Below, piece after piece: positions 25,927-38,190 of a stretch of DNA of 64,000 nucleotides (the first letter of the stretch is position 1; each line of letters opens with the position of its first letter). The notes under the pieces were generated by a model, which was not told the origin of the DNA, ran no database searches, and saw only the letters and a list, made by a program, of their open reading frames with translations. A program made the position numbers and the translations under genes. Origin of the DNA: Podarcis tiliguerta (taxonomy: Eukaryota); the NCBI GenBank assembly GCA_965153285.1, contig OZ229114.1; one strand, given 5' to 3'.

Positions 25927-27845
25927 TGTGATCTACTCTGTGTGCCCCTTTTGTGTCAAAGATGTGGGTTATGCGTCCTGTCAACATAGAAACCCTCAAT
26001 TTCATGTCACCCTTCTTCAGTGCTGCCAGACAAGGGGACTTGTTTCTGCATAACAATTAAAGCAATGTAATTAGTTTACCCATAGTTATACTGTGCCCTC
26101 AAGTCATAGGATGATCTTATATTGCTGCAGTGAGATGGCTGGACAAATCTGAGAGTATTTGCATTAATAGTCCTACATGGACCTCCCCTAATTCAAATTA
26201 GTCACTACCCTTCAAGTCCAGCAAAGCCCTCCTAAGGCATTTGCAAGTGCACCTGTTGCTGGGGTGGGAACCATTAACTTGTGTCAACTCCCTGTGTCAA
26301 CCAGCAGCTGTCAATATAATTTTGTTATCTGAGTTGCGGGGCCCTCTTGATTGGCAGCATGGGTGAAGTGCTATATACTTTTCTTTTTCCATTTTAGGAA
26401 AGATACGAAAGCCGGGGCAAGAAATGGAAGGAGTTTAGTATGCATTGTTGTCTTCCAGAGTTTTTAAAGGTTTTATTTTTTTTTTTATGTGTTAAAAAAC
26501 AAATCCAGCAAAGACAAAGTCAGAGCCTTGGGGCTGTTTTTCCAAGTGAATTACGGCCTTTTGTGAAGAGTTTTTTTGGAATACGAACACTGACAGGCTG
26601 TCCTCTCTAGTGGGTGCTACTCTTCCTCTGACAGTTCATCAGCCAAACCCCTGACCCCACCACCCTTAATCATCCTTGCTTGTCAGTGATATAATTGTGC
26701 GATTACCAACACCTCCCCCCTCCTGGACTCCTTTCAAATTACTAACAATAGTGCATGTGAAATACAAAATGTAAATGAAGCACCCAGACTAATTTTTCGG
26801 CCTTCATTCAGATGGACTGAGCTTGCATTCCCCTCCTTTGTCTATGAACATGACTGATGAAGGCTTTCAGGAACTCGGGAGGCCTTCAGTGTAAACGGAG
26901 AGGCTGACATCATGGTGTTATCGATTTGGGGATTTCACTTTCAGTCGCAGGTTGTGAATGAGCATTGGGGAGATTTCTTCAGGAGAGGGACGCAAGAACA
27001 AACGGCTACCAACTCTACCTTTATTTAGTTCAGAAGGTGGGCATTTTGGCCATTGTTGAGGAGTGTTCTGCATCATCTTAAAAAACGGTTCTGGGGGGAT
27101 ATAACTTGTCCTCACCTTGCCTCCCTGTTTCCTATCCTATTTGAAATTCAGGTTTTTAGCTGAAGAAACTGGCTCTTTTGCATATATTCCTTTAAAGCAC
27201 CATGTATGTGGGTGGTACTGTATTAAATATTTTGATGGGAGTGTTTAATAAAATAATTTTGCATATTGAATTCAAAATGAGCTCTAACTTAATTCTGTGT
27301 ATTCAGTGCCTCCTCACTTCACCTCTGTGTAGTCTGCATGGTCTTATCAGAGTCAGGAAGGTCTTTATTTTGACCTAAGAATGGATAGATGTGCTTTTTA
27401 TCTAGTGAGGTGCTGGGAACAGCCACAACTGGAGATATGATGAAGGACTTTTCCCAGGGAACGGGGTGTGTGGGAAATAAAGGGTCCAAATAAGTAAACA
27501 TATGCACATATATACCTAGAATCCAAGGCTACCCTTTCTAGTAGATCCGTGACTGAGCAGCAGTGAGGCCTGGGTAGACCTGACTTCTGAGAAACTTGTA
27601 TTCCAGATCCAGTCCTCTATTGCTTTCCATGAGTGACTTGGCATCCAGACAGCTTCTTTCTACCTCTAGCTGTAACCCTAAATTCTCTCCCTGGCTCCCT
27701 TCACTGCTTTTAGCCCTACAATAAACTTTGCAGCCCCCTCCATCATCGTGTTTCCTGAAAGTGGGGGAGCTGATGTGTTTTTAGTAGGCATTGTAAAGAG
27801 TACAGTGAAGGAAGACCTGTTCAGGGAAGTTTTTAATGCCTGATA

Positions 27846-28024
27846 CAGTAGTACCTACGGTTATGTAACCCTCTGGTTATACCCTTTGGGATGCGAAAGC
27901 GGCAAACCCGGAAGTATTTTACTGGGTTTAGCCGCATGTGCAGAAGTGGTCCTCCAGTTGTGAAAACCTCTGGATCCGGCCAAACCTCCGGAACGGATCC
28001 TGTCCACAACCAGAAGTACCACTG
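27846..28024. mobile_element. CAGTGGTACCTC-related MITE, diverged copy
   Basis: TA-cagtagtacct ... agtaccactg-TA; internal aacccggaagta and acctccggaacg motifs shared with the family. Confidence 0.65.
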
Positions 28025-29045
28025 TATGTTATAGGAAAGTGCAGTTTGCTCTTATTTAAATGAATAAATGTTCATGTGCACCTGTCTTTGCCCTTTGCCT
28101 TTGTTTCTCAAGTAGAAGCCCAGTGGCAGGTGAACTATAATTCAAGATATCTGGATCATTTTCTATGGGGCCAGCAGTGATTTCTCCCTGCTTCAGGGAA
28201 GACCATACTAGAAGACTTGAAAAGGATGTGGTCCTTTGTATCTAAGGGTGTCCTGACAACCAGTGTTTGTGTCAGTTGTGATTTTAAAGCTGGATTTGTC
28301 AAATGTGTGGTGTGTGGGTTGGCTGTGAGTGATTGTTTAGGAGTTCCAGCTGGTACAAAAAATGCACCAGCCTGTCTCTTGTCTCCTGACAGGAGTGGGT
28401 CACTAGCAGTATGTTACACTCATGCTTTGGCATCTGCAGTGGTTCCTCATTCACTTCTGATCACGATTCAAGGCTTTTTTATGTTACAGTTTAGGCCTAG
28501 TGTACTCCTGTGTTCCACTGAAATCTTTGTAGTTGACCAAGAAACGCCTCTTGACTCTACCATTCATTCTAGTGTTGAAGGGAAGCAGAATTACCCATTG
28601 CTTTATTCCCTGGAAGATTACAAAATAAACAAAAAACAACCAACCCCCCAGCCCCCCGCAAAAGCCGTATATTTTAGCAAGTGTTAAAAAGTTTTGGTTT
28701 GGCTTGGTTTTTTTCCTGTTTTGTTTTTGCTCATTGGGCCTAAGCCAATCAATGTTAGATTTTTTGGTAGATGCTGTTGTAGTGTAATATTTACTTTGAT
28801 TTAGGCTCTTGTTACCTGTCCTGTAGTAGACTGAGTATTTTAAAGAATGCAAATTAGCAGTCAATGAGTCTGATATGCAGTTGTATTTTGAGTTAGGTAG
28901 TCTGGTATTGATGTGCTAATATTCATCAGGACCTTGACTTGTGGATCTGCATTTATCCAGGGGATGGAATGCTTTATTTTATTGAGGAGAGATAGTTTCA
29001 AGTTGCATCCTTGCCATGGACATAGTATTATTATTAATAATAATA

Positions 29046-29270
29046 TTTATTCATTTTTTATTTATACCCCGCCCATCTGGCTGGGTTTCCCCAGCCACTC
29101 TGGGTGGCTTACAGCATATATCAAAACATAATAAAACACCAACCATTAAAAACTTCCCAAAACAGGGCTGCCTTCAGATGTCTTCTAAACATTATGTAGT
29201 TCTTTGTCTCCTTGACATCTGAAGGAAGGGAATTCCACAGGGAGGGCGCCACTACCAAGAAGGCCCTCTG
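29046..29270 (-). mobile_element. L2-clade LINE 3' end
   Basis: tttatttataccccgccc...ctctgggtggcttaca terminus and ttccacagggagggcgccac (APxLWN on the minus strand). Confidence 0.65.
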
Positions 29271-29634
29271 TACTGTTACATATTAAGGACTATATGTCTT
29301 GTGCTCACTACATGATGGTATTGTATAATCCTAGGCTCCTTGTTGATCTTTTAATAGGAAACATCTTGAATCGGTTCCCTAAACACAGTGGCTGGATGTC
29401 AAAATAACTGCATGCAATGGAAGAATAATAGTGGTAGTGTTGAACATGCTGTCTTGGTTTGAGCTCTCTTTAGTACATGCGGCCACTGCATTTCCAAGTT
29501 TCTTTACTAAACACTGACAAATTCAGGAGTACTCCAATGAGTATGTGATAGGTGTTGCCCATGTATAAACAGTCGTTGCATTTACGGTATGTCTGGGAAT
29601 GAACTTCGTCTTAGGTCACTGTAGATGGTAACTA

Positions 29635-29857
29635 CAGTGGTACCTCGGGTTACATACGCTTCAGGTTACAGACTCCGCTAACCCAGAAATTGTGCTTCAG
29701 GTTAAGAACTTTGCTTCAGGATGAGAACAGAAATCGTGCTCCCGTGGCGTGGCAGCAGGAGGCCCCATTAGCTAAAGTGGTGCTTCAGGTTAAGTACAGT
29801 TTCAGGTTAAGTACGAACCTCCGGAACGAATTAAGTACTTAACCCGATGTACCACTG
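29635..29857. mobile_element. CAGTGGTACCTC-family MITE, copy 3
   Basis: TA-cagtggtacctcgggtta ... taacccgatgtaccactg-TA. Confidence 0.85.
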
Positions 29858-30072
29858 TATAAGGAAAGCAATGGATTGACTTTTCCCACAATGTATGGGG
29901 TAGATCATCTGGTTAATCCGTTTGCATGTGCCTTATTGAACATACCATTCTATTGAAGTCAAAGTTTTGCCACGTAAAGTGAAATCTGTTGACTGTCAGG
30001 TGCGGCTGAAACAACAAGGTTGTTACCAGATGCCTGGGGGAACTGGGGTACTGTTGTTTGGGAATCTAATGA

Positions 30073-30288
<216 letters not shown>

Positions 30289-32361
30289 TGATTATCTAGG
30301 AGCCATAATTGCACTAAGGAAAGTTGACACCCTACCTTGGAGGATTAGTACCATAACATTATTACATTGTAAGTTTTTTTTTTACAGCACAGTCCTATGC
30401 ATGTTGACTTGAAAAGGGCTCAGTGAATTCAATAAGATTTTACTGAGTCCCAGTAAGTGTGCATAGGATTGCAGCCCTAGTTTGGCCATTAATGTACAGA
30501 TCGACCTAGCATTGCGAATACTGTTCCTGAAATGCTACTCTTTGTTTTTAAAGGATTCTTTTTAAACTCCAGAACGTTTGCAGTTTCACAAACCAGGAAA
30601 TTCACCAAGAGTTTGTCTTGCACCAATGCCATTAAAATCAATAGGAGTTGTGCAGGACACTGCAGTCTGTAAGCCATTGGAGTCAATTGAAAAATATTTA
30701 TTGTGCAAACGCCATTAATTCCAGTAGGGCTTGCACTGGAGTTTTAACAGACTATAATCACTATAATATCCAAACTGCGGCTCTCAGCTTCATGTTAGAA
30801 ACTATAATAGAAAGATACCAAAATTTAATGAATTCACTGCAGGAGAAGCTGCAGTCAGATGTGGGAAGGTTTCTGTCTTCCCCAGGCTGTTCCTATAGCA
30901 TATTCAAGATCAGAAGGTTCTGAATAAGTTCAAAACTAATATGTAGCATGAATGCTTTGGAAAGGCATTCGGCTATATGCAATGAGTTTATTGCACCTTA
31001 CTACGTGCGCCTAAAATTTATATCTGGTGTGATTCATTATGTCATTAATCATAGTCTTAGAATGCAGATTTTTCCACAAAATTAAATTAAGAGTTGGATC
31101 ATTTGAAATGATGTGCCCTTCTGCTGGCATTCTTTGTAAATTAACTCTCAAATATATTGAGTGTATAAATACCACTGAAATACTGAAGAAAACAGGATAG
31201 TCAATAATATGGCTGAAATCGTAAGATGTTTACTTGGCTAGAATTTCTCCTGAAACTGTAATATGCACACTGAAATAAAAATAGCAGTGTCCCTTACTGC
31301 CTTAAAGACTAACAAAATTGCTGCATTAATAATAGCAGCAGTAGTTTCAAGTTGGGCTTTAAACTCTTCAGAGATGGAAAGGGGGGAAATAGTAGAATTT
31401 GAGCTGGATGGAATTGTTAAAAATCAAGCCCAGTCTCAGAAGCAAGGCAAGACTAGTGAAAGATCATTCAACATAATCTAGACCAAAGTGTGCCATAGAG
31501 AGAATCTGATGTTCAGCACAAATTACTCCAGGTAACTTAAGCAAGTGAGCCAGGCCACATGCTACAGGGAAATGCTGCTAAGGACCACCAGTGTTAACTG
31601 TTGTTGTTTTTTTTTTTTAATGCCCTGGAAAGGGAAAGCCTGCACAATAGTCAGTAGCAACACAAAGAAAGAGCCAGACTGTTTTGAAGCAACACAGCAG
31701 GTGCTCGTGTTTGCAGTTTTTCTGACTCTTCTCCTGATGGTTTGCTTTAACAAAGGGTAGTGCCAGGCTCACAGGGATCAGGATGTGCTTAAACACACTG
31801 GAACAGCTCAGGCTTAGCAAGGGAGGGGAACTGTGCTTGCTTAAACGGATGGCATTAGCCTGAGATGACTTTAGAGTTACGCAACATGCTGGCCATCAGG
31901 AAACCCTGTGCACTGGCCTGGTAAGATTTCCCAGCTGCGATCAAAGGAGTCTGCAGCAGATTACATAAACCACTGTTCAACTGGGAAACTGCTTCGAAGA
32001 AATACCTAATAAACCAAATGAACAAGGGTACACCAACCTTTTTTTTTTAAAAAAAAAAAAATCTTCTAATGCCTTTTCCACTTATCTGAACAGGGCTGAA
32101 TGTTCCTGGGTCAGGAGACTATGATCCACTAATGGAGAGAGCTGACAGTGCAGCGTCCCGTGTTAATTAAGCGCCATACTCGATCTCCCCTTGATTTTGT
32201 CCTGTTAATTACTCACCAGAATCCTCACAGAGATGTTTTCGTTCTTGTTGCCACCACCAGCAAGCTGTTTCGGTGCCACCCGAGAACATAATTCATTTCA
32301 GATGTTAGTCAACAGAGGGAAATGAGTCTGCAGAAAAATACTAGGGAAATCCTCTGTAAGG

Positions 32362-32535
32362 ACATAAGAGAAGGTTCATCTAGTCCAGCATTGTGTTCTC
32401 ACAGTGGCCAACCAGATGCCTATGGGAATCCCACAAGCAGCTCTGGGGTGCAACAGCACTCTGCCCACTTGTGATTCCCACAGCTGGCACTCAGAGGCGT
32501 CTTGCCTCTGACAGTGGAGGCAGAACATACCCTAG
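32362..32535 (-). mobile_element. CR1-like LINE 3' fragment just upstream of the MXI1 zipper exon
   Basis: acataaga...catctagtccagcattgtgttctcacagtggccaaccagatgcc resembles the reverse complement of a squamate CR1 3' end. Confidence 0.55.
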
Positions 32536-32576
32536 CTGTCAAGAAACAATAATTTGCTTGCTTTTTATTGTGGCAG

Positions 32577-32748
32577 AAACTTGAAGAGGCTGACAGGAGA
32601 AGCCAGCACCAGCTTGATAACCTGGAAAGAGAGCAAAGATTCTTAAAGAGAAGATTGGAGCAGCTGCAGGGCTCTCAGGAGATCGAGCGAATACGAATGG
32701 ACAGCACTGGATCAACCATTTCCTCAGATCGCTCTGATTCAGAGCGGG
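32577..32748 (+). CDS. MXI1: MXI1 coding exon, leucine zipper and RxRxxS region
   Basis: Acceptor ctttttattgtggcag|, donor CGGG|gtcagt. 172 nt: [57 protein letters not shown]. In frame with the previous exon; contains the RIRMDS AGC-kinase motif. Confidence 0.97.
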
Positions 32749-33408
32749 GTCAGTATTTCATCTGTGACTTTAGAGAAGGGTGCAGAATTTTTGAGGCTCC
32801 CTTTCCACATATCTCCCCTCCTTCAGCCCATGAGCAGCTTGAATCTAATTCACCTGGCAAGGCAGCCTGCTTTCACAGACATCTAAAACATTATTTCTTC
32901 TGTGGTAGTTTCTTCTTTAACAAGGCTCACGGCTGGAGTCAGATGAGATGTGGTTCAAGATATCATTTTGACCCCATGCTGCTTTTTGTTTCCTGTTATG
33001 GTATTGGCTTTTGATTTTCACCACCCTGGCCCTTCACCTGGCCCTGTTCAACACAGAAACTAGTAGAATGAAGCACAATCCAGCACAAAGATAATGGCTT
33101 TAAACCCCATTGATTTGCCATCGCCCAATGTGCACTGGAGTGTTTCATGTGTTGGATTCTCCAGTGACTGAAGAAGTAGGTGGCCATACCCAAATGTATT
33201 TCACATTTTCTTCTTTTAATCATGAGGGACCACAAAACATATTTGGGGAAATCTCTCAGCTTCATTTGTAGCAGAAACATCTCTGGATGCAAATGCTACC
33301 AGTGTTGTTACTATATTTAAAATGGATTTGAAAAACACATACTGTGAATACGTGAATGACATCACTAAGGTGTGACAAGATTATTTGCACTTCTTATCCT
33401 ACATAGTA

Positions 33409-33709
33409 CAGGCAAACCTCGGAGATATTGTGGGTTCGGTTGCAGGCCACCGCAATATAGCAAAGTGAGTCACAGAAACTTTTTGGTTTCCTAGTGCATA
33501 TACCGTAGTCTAAAGTGTGCAATAGCATAATATCTAAAAAAACCTCCAATGTGCTTATCTTAATTAATGTGACACAGAGGCACAACATGCATATGCTGTT
33601 GGAAAAATGACTCCTCCTTGACACAGGGTTGCCACAAACCTTCAATTTATTAAAAACACAGTATCTGAGAAGTGCAATAAAGCAAAGCACAAAAAACGAG
33701 GTATGCCTA
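33409..33709 (-). mobile_element. Tigger1-like internally deleted DNA transposon (MITE)
   Basis: TA-caggcaaacctcg ... cgaggtatgcct(a)-TA. Both ends match the mammalian Tigger1 termini as recalled, for example minus-strand aaattgaaggtttgtggcaaccctg and accgaacccacaatatctccgagg. Confidence 0.8.
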
Positions 33710-35201
33710 TAATTGGGAAGCAGCGTTAACCAGAATGATTGACACATTAACACTGATAAACTCGAACCTAGTCTGCCTTGGCATAATATCGGTATATGTC
33801 AACATGGGGTTCTTAGATGAGATGAAGGGAATAGCAAAAATATTGTGCCCCAAGTCATTGTGTCTGTGCAGGATCAATTAGCAGCAGCGTCTCATCTCCC
33901 TTATAACACCCTTGCTAATTTGCTCTTGCTATGCTGGACTGAAATAAGGCTGTATGTATCTGGCATAGCTATTATTTTAACCTGATTTCTACATAGCCAT
34001 TGAGAAATCTCAGAAGTGAAGATGTTTGATATGTTTCTCTAGGATGACTCCAGAATATTATTATCTATTGTTTCCCCTAGAAGTTTGTTTTACCTTCTGA
34101 GGATGGTGAGCCAGTGTGCTTGATGACCCAAAGTATTGCCTATATATTTTTAATGGCATGGGACATACATAATGTGCCATGCAGTTTGATACACTATGTG
34201 TCCTCTTTCATTAAAGCCTGTTTTTTATGGTTGCCTAGAGAAATTTGTAAATACAGGGACACACTTGCAGGTCATGGCTCTTTGCTGATTCACTCATTCA
34301 GAGACGTTTCTAGTCTATATTTCTCCCTGAAGTGCTAGTTTTCCATATTCCACATTTTTGTATTTGTATGCACTAGAGCATTTCAACATGTGTTGCATTC
34401 TGAGATAGTACACTTCCATGCTCTGCTGTGTACTTTTTCTAAGTGTTTGAAACAACAGACTCTAAGAGGAGACTCTGTGCTAGGCATCCATTGGTCAAAA
34501 TGGCTGAAGGTCTGCATGTCTTCCTGCTCCACAAATGACCCTTTCCTAGACCTCATTTGCCCTTGCAAATTTAAATCTCCGAGAACTCAAAAGTATAGAA
34601 TGAATTGTGCAAATTAAGTGAGAGGATGCCAATTTACTTGTATTACTAATTCAAAGCGTAGAATGTGATAGTGTCTGGGTATAATTTGCATGCAACGATT
34701 AATGTGCCTTCCCTGGTTTGCAACAAAGCTCCTTGTTGTTGACTTGAGAAGGGGTAATCTGTTTTCTAGAGCAGCAGGAGTTGATTTACAATATTGTATT
34801 GGTAACTATCTGCTTAATCCAAGGCTGTGCCACTAGATATGAATTTTCTATCTTGAGCTAGCAGCTGAAAGTGATAATCTAATCAATAACTTTCTAATCA
34901 AAATGACTGAAAATGTACTAAGCAGTTAAATAGTTGTGTAGTAATAAGCTCCTTTCCTTGCTCAGGAGCACTCACCAATAATTTAAAATGTTTAATCCAA
35001 AATCTGTTAAATTGGAAGTCCAAATCAGCTGGCACCAAATGGGCTGTAATAATTCTTTCAAAACATTGATTAACAGTTTCCTGCCTTCTGTTCTTCCTTT
35101 TTCCTCAATGATACAACACTAGACATTTCCAAGCAAATCTCATGATGTGGCCAGGACCTTTTGCCAGTCTTGATTGAACAGTGAACCTACCCTGATACTA
35201 A

Positions 35202-35390
<189 letters not shown>

Positions 35391-37330
35391 AGCATGGTGC
35401 TAGGGCAGAGCAGATGATTTCTTTGGGGTAGTTGAAGTTCACACAGCAGAGCTCTTAGATACAGTATTTTTCTTCTCCAAACCGCACTTCAACAGCTAAG
35501 CTTGGACAGATGCAACTCTAGAATAGCTCTGTGGGTCCACAGGAGGGTGGGAACCTAACAGGGGAGTCAGTCAGTCTCCATACTGTCATAGTCCAAAATA
35601 CTGACTTAGTGCTGAACCCATAGCTATTTTGACGTCTGAAGCAGGACTCCAGTTGTGCACAGCTGGACTGAGATTTGCCCATGTATAAGTGGATAGCTTT
35701 GCTAAGAGATTATTTGATTTGGACAAGGGATCTTGGTTATTCTGGCCCCAATCCTTTTTCTCAGTTTGTCATACCTTCTGAGAAATGGATTTTTTTTCCA
35801 TCTTCCAAATTTAGCAAGCTTTGTTAAGAGCCCTTGTGGTGCTAAATAGAAATAAAAACGTTAGTCCAATATCTCACGATGAAGATCTAACGCTAGTCCC
35901 AGATTGTGGGACAAAAGTAGCCAAGGGGATACTTTCTTGGACCAGCCTCTTCTGATGAGTTTGCACAATTTTATGAATTACAAAACTCCTTTTTTCATTC
36001 TCCTTAAAATCCCATCACTTGATTGAAGCTTCTTTCCCCCTTTAACCTGAACGCGAGAACTATGGGAAGTTCTTGTGTACTCTCACCAGCAGTAGCTAGT
36101 CCAGTCAACACCTTCTGCCCACTAGGTTTCTCCAGTCAGCTCTGATCATTATTACCTAAGAGATAACAATAATAGTTAGAAGCTCTGCTCATGCCCTGTG
36201 AAAAGAGAGGTGCTGCAAATCTGGAAGCAATTCTCATTCAGCTCAACTTTTCAGCTGGACATTGTTTCAAGGCAAGAGCTTGTGCCGCATTATTTAGCAC
36301 TAGGGTGTTGAGCTGTAAAATACCAGCACACAGTGCAACTGCTCTCTGGATTCAATGGCTACAGCAGTAACTCCTTGTCTATAGAGTGATGCTTCTGACA
36401 GAGCGAGACAGACAGACAGACAAGCCTGTAAAAGATACGATGTGCAGGAAAGGCACAGCCTCCATTCTGAGCCGCAATGATCCTTTTTTTTTTCCTTTTG
36501 CAAATTATTTTGATAAATGTTTGTAAAAGTTGTTCAGGTGAGAGAACCTACATGCAACAATGTCTTTTTAGAACTCGTAGGCATGATTCTGCAGATGTCT
36601 TTTGTAACTAACACCAATGGAAAGGGACCCGTTTTTCTGCTGCCATGCACAAAAGGAACAGGGAACTCTCCTCGGGTTTTATGGCTCTTCCTTTTGATTT
36701 CCTTTATGGATTCCCTTTGCAAACTTTGCCACCTGGATCCAACCATAGTTGTGGGCCCACAGTTAACATGGCATGTGTCTCACAGTTCCTCAGGGGACGC
36801 CTCCCACTCTCCCTGAGCAGGAACTGTTGCAGTTGTCTTGCTGTTAACAAAATAAGATTGTATCCAATTTTTAAAAAATGATTTTCGTTTTGCGATAAGC
36901 TTTCTAACCTGCACTTTGAGGTCTTCTTTGCTTTCACTTTTAAGTTTTTAACTGCAAGGATTTTTATTATTGTTCCTTTACCAAGTTTAAACTTCTTTTT
37001 TTTAGAGACCTCATTTATGACACTTGTTTGAGACTTAAGTAATTTGCCTACCCCGTAATTACTAAGGGGGAAAAAAGAGAAAAAGAGAAAAAAATGCTTT
37101 ATAAAATTCATAACTTATTGCTGATTATAATTATTGGGTTGTTAATTTCAGTCCTGTAGATTTTTAATTTTATTATTCTTTAGATAGGGCTGGGCGACAA
37201 AAAACAAAAAAACAAAAAAAACAAGGTAACCTCATTTAGCAGTGCAGTGGAATTGTGTTTAAATGTTAGCATATGGTTCTGCTTAATAGTAGCACTTTAA
37301 CACCATTAAACATTTCTGTATCTGAAATGC
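35391..37330 (+). other. MXI1: MXI1 3' UTR (proximal form, end approximate)
   Basis: Follows the stop codon; AT-rich and free of recognisable repeats. ATTAAA at 37305-37310 with GT/T-rich sequence downstream. Cleavage site inferred. Confidence 0.6.
37305..37310 (+). terminator. candidate MXI1 polyadenylation signal ATTAAA
   Basis: ATTAAA about 1.9 kb after the stop, followed by ctgtgttctaccattttgg. Confidence 0.5.
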
Positions 37331-37728
37331 ACTGTGTTCTACCATTTTGGTCACTCATGATAATATTTTAGAATTCCCATGTTCTTGTGCCTGGAAGTTT
37401 TTTTAAAAACCTATTGGCCATGTGATTAGATGACCCCAAATGACCTCTCATGTAGATCTTGTCTTGATACTGATATGCTGCGTGTATGTTTGAACCCACA
37501 TGTTATCCATTCACCCCAGAGCTATTACTGTGTCATATAATACAAGACACAACTTTAGAACCTGTGTCATGAAATAGAAGCATAATCCCACCAAGGTTAT
37601 AGTGTGTTTTATAGAGCTGGGGTTTTTTATTTTTTATTTTGTTTGGTAAAGCCTGGATCCAGTTGTTGTTCTACATTAATCTCCCCTAGGTGACTCTATA
37701 AACATTCTGGTTTACTGCATGTGGTACT

Positions 37729-37747
37729 CTCTCCCTCTAGTGGCTGG
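37729..37747 (-). promoter_or_regulatory. CTCF motif, reverse orientation
   Basis: The minus strand reads agCCACTAGAGGGAGag, close to the consensus CCASYAGRKGGCRS. Confidence 0.55.
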
Positions 37748-38021
37748 AATAAGAACCCATTAGTTGTAGTTAATGGGAGTAAAACGTTCAGCTGAACCAG
37801 TAGCAACAACTTTTATAGTACCGAGATCTGTTAATTGGCCCATAATCTGCATGTGTGAAGCTATAGCGTCCCAGCACAATTCTTTGGGGCTGTCAGAATG
37901 ACTGGCGAGGACTCAAAATGAGCCAAAATTGTAGTACTGAGTTGTGTGGGTAGCCTTGGTTTGTGATTTTGCAGACACAAAAATCTGTCTAACTGACATC
38001 CTTTGAGTCCATTTCTGATCA

Positions 38022-38190
38022 CAGGAGCTCATGTAGCAGAGTACATGCTTTGAAGGTAAAAGGAGTTGAGTTCAAACCCTGACATCTCTGATTGGATTTT
38101 TTTTTTTAAGAAGGACTAGAAAAAAGATGAGCCTGGAAAGTTGCTGTCCAGATGTTGAATACTGATCTGATTTAAGTGCCGTTATGTGTC
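38022..38190 (+). mobile_element. diverged Squam2-like tRNA SINE
   Basis: agctca..agagtacatgctttgaaggtaaaaggagttgagttcaaaccctgacatctc head, then cctggaaagttgctgtccag body. A second head fragment lies on the minus strand at about 39405-39470. Confidence 0.5.

Noticed and set aside
28217-28687. 156-aa ORF and other intronic ORFs of 60-140 aa
   Set aside because: No domain similarity, no coherent splice structure, many non-ATG starts, and several are driven by microsatellites or repeats.
32749-33014. Continuation of the 148-aa ORF 32568..33014 past the MXI1 exon
   Set aside because: MXI1 similarity stops at the GT donor (32749). The rest is intronic read-through with no evidence for a retained-intron isoform.
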